A stretch of DNA of 64,000 nucleotides from Escherichia phage vB_EcoM-LTH02, in the sequence record PP430346; one strand, 5' to 3'. How positions within the stretch are numbered: the first letter of the stretch is position 1; every line of letters starts with the position of its first letter. Below the pieces are notes generated by a model. That model did no database searches. It saw only the letters and a program-made list of their open reading frames with translations, and was not told where the DNA came from. Positions 62,872 to 64,000 of this stretch are shown here, piece by piece. The position numbers and the translations under genes were made by a program.

Positions 62872-62957
62872 AGTACTTTACAGGGGGCTTAAAAGCTGAT
62901 ATCTTAAGCCCCAGATAAAGAGCTTTACCACTAAATCCTAAACTGGAGAACTTAAAA
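62869..62957 (+). promoter_or_regulatory. Repeated leader cassette A: palindrome TAAAGTACTTTA - GC hairpin - TAAAGAGCTTTA - RBS
   Basis: Palindrome 62869-62880; stem GGGGCTTAA/TTAAGCCCC (62884-62912); second half-palindrome 62916-62927; GGAGA then ATG at 62958. Confidence 0.6.
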
Positions 62958-63341
62958 ATGGCATACCGTGCACCTAAATTCATCAACAAAGACAACTTTC
63001 GCAACGCACTGGAGAAGTCACTTGATGAAAATTTTAAAGGTAACATTATCGTTGTTCACGCATTCAATTTTAAGTATGATGTAAACGGGAATAGAATCAA
63101 CCATTACACAGCAACCATGTTAGATGGTACGCTATCAAGTGAAAAAGCTGTACTGAATGCACTTGCAGGACGTGGTAAAAACCTGATAAGATGCGATAAG
63201 AGACGTTATCAGGGTGGCGCATATGGTTATGATGATGCTGTTTATCATCTTGAAAATATGGGCTATTCAGTGGAAAAAGCTGGAGCATCACAAATCATCG
63301 GCAGCGATGGTTATGTAACTATCTTCAAAATTAACAAATAA
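62958..63341 (+). CDS. Small protein 2 of 3' array
   Basis: 127-aa ORF between cassettes A and B. Confidence 0.45.
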   Translation: MAYRAPKFINKDNFRNALEKSLDENFKGNIIVVHAFNFKYDVNGNRINHYTATMLDGTLSSEKAVLNALAGRGKNLIRCDKRRYQGGAYGYDDAVYHLENMGYSVEKAGASQIIGSDGYVTIFKINK

Positions 63342-63426
63342 AGTACTTTACAAGGGGCTTATAGTTCGATAAAGTAAGCCCCAGATAAAGAGCTTTACCA
63401 CTAAATCCTAAATTGGAGATTCAAAA
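63339..63426 (+). promoter_or_regulatory. Repeated leader cassette B (same architecture, different hairpin loop)
   Basis: TAAAGTACTTTA 63339-63350; stem GGGGCTTA/TAAGCCCC with loop TAGTTCGATAAAG; TAAAGAGCTTTA 63386-63397; ATG 63427. Confidence 0.6.
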
Positions 63427-63684
63427 ATGGCTATTATCAAAAACGTTGTAATTACCGCAAAGACTCGTGATGACGCTCGTATCATGGCTAAAAAGTTATG
63501 CGGGAAAGTGGTTGACAACGGAAAACAATCTGCTGTAAGGTGGGGCGTGAAGGTTGATAAACAGTTAACTTTAAAACGCAGTTCAAACAACCTTTTTAAA
63601 GGTGTAAAAACACTCGGTAAAGTGAACGTGTTCACTAAACAAGGTTACAAAATGCACTTATCTTTAACTGGCAATTTAATCTGA
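63427..63684 (+). CDS. Small protein 3 of 3' array
   Basis: 85-aa ORF between cassettes B and C. Confidence 0.45.
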   Translation: MAIIKNVVITAKTRDDARIMAKKLCGKVVDNGKQSAVRWGVKVDKQLTLKRSSNNLFKGVKTLGKVNVFTKQGYKMHLSLTGNLI

Positions 63685-63772
63685 TAAAGTACTTTACAAG
63701 GGGCTTAAAAGCTGATATCTTAAGCCCCAGATAAAGAGCTTTACCACTAAATCCTAAACTGGAGATTCAAAA
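63685..63772 (+). promoter_or_regulatory. Repeated leader cassette C
   Basis: Same palindromes and a hairpin (63700-63728) identical to cassette A; ATG 63773. Confidence 0.6.
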
Positions 63773-63943
63773 ATGAAAACTGTAGACGCTACCTTTGAAG
63801 TTGTAAAAGAAAAATTTTCCATCATTTACGAAGCTGTTAATTGCTACGAAGCAAGCCATAACCTTGATAATTGGGAATTTACAGACAACCATCAAGGCGG
63901 TGTTACTGTTAAAAATCCTATTTATCAGCGTAATGAGTTTTAA
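63773..63943 (+). CDS. Small protein 4 of 3' array (56 aa, not in track)
   Basis: ATG preceded by cassette C RBS; open to TAA at 63941-63943. Confidence 0.4.
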   Translation: MKTVDATFEVVKEKFSIIYEAVNCYEASHNLDNWEFTDNHQGGVTVKNPIYQRNEF

Positions 63944-64000
63944 TATGCAATCCCTTTACATTACAGCCTGAAACAGCTTTCGAGTGACTATGCAAAACAA

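Noticed and set aside
62884-62912. Cassette hairpins as classical rho-independent terminators
   Set aside because: They are followed by AGATAAAG, not a U-tract; more likely leader structures, processing sites or attenuators.

Overview
This window reads as a contiguous stretch of an AT-rich, virulent, tailed dsDNA phage genome with no host genes and no integrase or repressor module. Nt 1-21100 (+ strand) is a structural late operon: 5'-truncated portal, S49-type prohead protease/scaffold, major capsid, neck proteins, contractile-tail genes (sheath, tube, chaperone pair with a canonical -1 frameshift site, tape measure), a P2/Mu-like baseplate set and two paralogous tail fibers with His-x-His-rich tips. 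Nt 21750-32515 (- strand) carries thymidylate synthase, DHFR, small early-type genes, a T7-like ATP-dependent DNA ligase and a family A DNA polymerase. Nt 32770-62140 (+ strand) carries dNMP kinase, T7 gp4-like primase-helicase, SSB, FEN-like exonuclease, aerobic (NrdAB) and anaerobic (NrdDG) ribonucleotide reductases, a Prs-like/NAMPT-like gene pair, rIIA/rIIB, a lysis-type cluster and a macro-domain protein. The gene content resembles Felix O1-like (Ounavirinae) myophages; this is inference from gene content, not a database match. Most worth follow-up: (1) the Prs-like + NAMPT-like pair, which matches the phage NAD+ reconstitution (NARP1-type) counter-defence module, with a macro-domain gene nearby; (2) a two-gene cassette flanked by two structured non-coding islands sharing conserved blocks; (3) a 3' array of small genes separated by a repeated palindrome-hairpin-palindrome leader; (4) an iteron-like repeat region at 62.2 kb. 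All coordinates were derived by reading the sequence by eye; no searches were run.
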